NCBI GenBank assembly: GCA_026391215.1
Contig: JAPLDX010000114.1
Location: 1-17,030, forward strand
Length of the DNA stretch: 17,030 nucleotides
Reading direction: 5' to 3'
Origin: Bacteroidia bacterium
GTDB lineage: Bacteria > Bacteroidota > Bacteroidia > Bacteroidales > VadinHA17
Below are positions 15,910-17,030 of this stretch, piece after piece. The notes under the pieces are model-generated. The model worked only from the letters and a program-made list of their open reading frames with translations, was not told the DNA's origin and made no database searches. Made by a program: the position numbers and the translations under genes. How positions within the stretch are numbered: position 1 is the first letter of the stretch; every line of letters begins with the position of its first letter.

Positions 15910-15989
15910 GGTTGCAACTTTTCCTTTCCGCGCAGCGGAACTGTATCACTACGTTTCTTGTCTCCAAAACGAGTTTTCTGATCTTATCA
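15910..15989 (+). repeat. Degenerate GGTTGCAAC element (copy D) with internal GC hairpin
   Basis: GGTTGCAACTTTT (15910-15922), hairpin TTCCGC-GCA-GCGGAA (15926-15940), then AAAACGAGTTTTCTG-ATCTTATC, which resembles AAAATGAGTTTTTTG...ATCTTATT of copy A. Confidence 0.6.
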
Positions 15990-17030
15990 GATTTTTATTC
16001 CCATGACTGTTATATCATCCGTTTGTTCCCTCTTTATATTGCCGCTTCCCATCCACTGCTCTATTGTTATGTCTAATATTTCTTTCTGTTCAACCATTGA
16101 CTTTTTTGAAATAGATAACAATAATTCTTTAAACCGACTAACCATGAATTTCCTGTTATGTGGTCCTCCGAACTGGTCAGTAAAACCATCGCTGGCAAGA
16201 TAAATAATCCAGCCCTTTTGCAGCTTTATTTCGTGTAATGTAAAACTATCCATCTTGATGGAAATTCCAATAGGCATTTTATCTGGTTCTAGCTTTATTA
16301 ATTTTCCTTCTTTTATAATCCAGCATGGATTGTATGCACCGGACCATTTCATCTCCATTGTTTCTAAGTTTATGGAACATAATGAAATGTCCATTCCGTC
16401 TTTTGCCTCTCCAAACTTACCGCTTTGTCCCAGTGATCTGATTATTTCTTTTCTTAACCGTCTTAGTATAATATCTGGTTGAGTCATATATTCCTTTAGT
16501 ACTATTTCTTTCAAAAGTGACATTCCCAGCATACTCATAAATGCACCAGGTACGCCATGACCCGTACAGTCTGCAACGGTAATGACAATTTGATTTTCAA
16601 CTTTTGCATACCAGTAGAAATCTCCACTAACAACATTGCGTGGTTTGAAAAGCACAAAGTGCTCCGGAAATGATTGTTGAATTATATCGCTTGCAGGTAA
16701 TACTGCCTGCTGAATTTTTTGTGCATATTGAATGCTGTCAGTAATTTGTCCATAAGCCACTTCTATCTCTATTTTCTGTTCAAGCACCTCGGCAGTACGT
16801 TCTTCAACAATTTTTTGTAACTGATCTTTTTGTTTTACAAGTCGCCGGATGTTATATTTAACAATAATCCAGATAAGAGTGACTAATAAAATTACATATA
16901 ATCCGTAAGCCCACCATTCCCGTGACCAGGGTGGTTTTATATGGAAGGAATAGGAAGCTGTGACTCCAACCATCTGGTACTGGTTCTTTGATTTTACTTC
17001 AAATTTATATTTGCCTTCAGGGAGATTAGT
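15987..17030 (-). CDS. Membrane-anchored SpoIIE/RsbU-type PP2C phosphatase with upstream Y_Y_Y domain (3' part; starts beyond the right edge)
   Basis: The frame stays open to the edge (TNLPEGKYKFEVKSKNQYQ-MVGV..., a Y_Y_Y motif), followed by PPW + TM helix and a coiled coil. PP2C motifs: VSGDFY, ADCTGHGVPGA, DGMD, SDGFTDQFGG and QTDDIT. Confidence 0.92.
   Translation of the reverse strand, partial: TNLPEGKYKFEVKSKNQYQMVGVTASYSFHIKPPWSREWWAYGLYVILLVTLIWIIVKYNIRRLVKQKDQLQKIVEERTAEVLEQKIEIEVAYGQITDSIQYAQKIQQAVLPASDIIQQSFPEHFVLFKPRNVVSGDFYWYAKVENQIVITVADCTGHGVPGAFMSMLGMSLLKEIVLKEYMTQPDIILRRLRKEIIRSLGQSGKFGEAKDGMDISLCSINLETMEMKWSGAYNPCWIIKEGKLIKLEPDKMPIGISIKMDSFTLHEIKLQKGWIIYLASDGFTDQFGGPHNRKFMVSRFKELLLSISKKSMVEQKEILDITIEQWMGSGNIKREQTDDITVMGIKI

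Noticed and set aside
540-15922. CRISPR array or canonical integron attC interpretation of the GTTGCAAC repeats
   Set aside because: There is no regular repeat-spacer periodicity and no cas or intI gene. The ends do not fit RYYYAAC/GTTRRRY, and the blocks are multi-gene with mixed orientation.

Overview
Gene-dense Bacteroidota (probably Bacteroidales-like) region. The taxonomic call rests on TAnnTTTG promoter boxes, AT-rich start regions without Shine-Dalgarno motifs, and five signal peptides all followed by Gln. From left to right: the 5' part of a TIR-domain gene (missed by the ORF track), a repeat-packed intergenic segment, an orphan MacB/FtsX-type ABC permease, a LytS/LytTR two-component pair, an AraC regulator divergent from two secreted esterases and a probable outer-membrane barrel, and a PQQ-like beta-propeller. 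Next comes an HxlR regulator divergent from a RiPP-like locus: a Cys-Gly repeat precursor, an ACGX-type radical SAM/SPASM enzyme and a quinone-oxidoreductase-like MDR. The window ends with a secreted beta-helix protein and the 3' part of a Y_Y_Y/PP2C membrane phosphatase. Two signals stand out. (1) The RiPP locus has a 7-Cys precursor with mirror-symmetric spacing (4-14-12-12-14-4), no adjacent protease, exporter or RRE, and apparent control by a Cys-bearing HxlR regulator. (2) An unannotated ~50-bp GGTTGCAAC...GTTGCAACC element recurs at the junctions between gene modules. Family names are from recognition of motifs, not from database searches.
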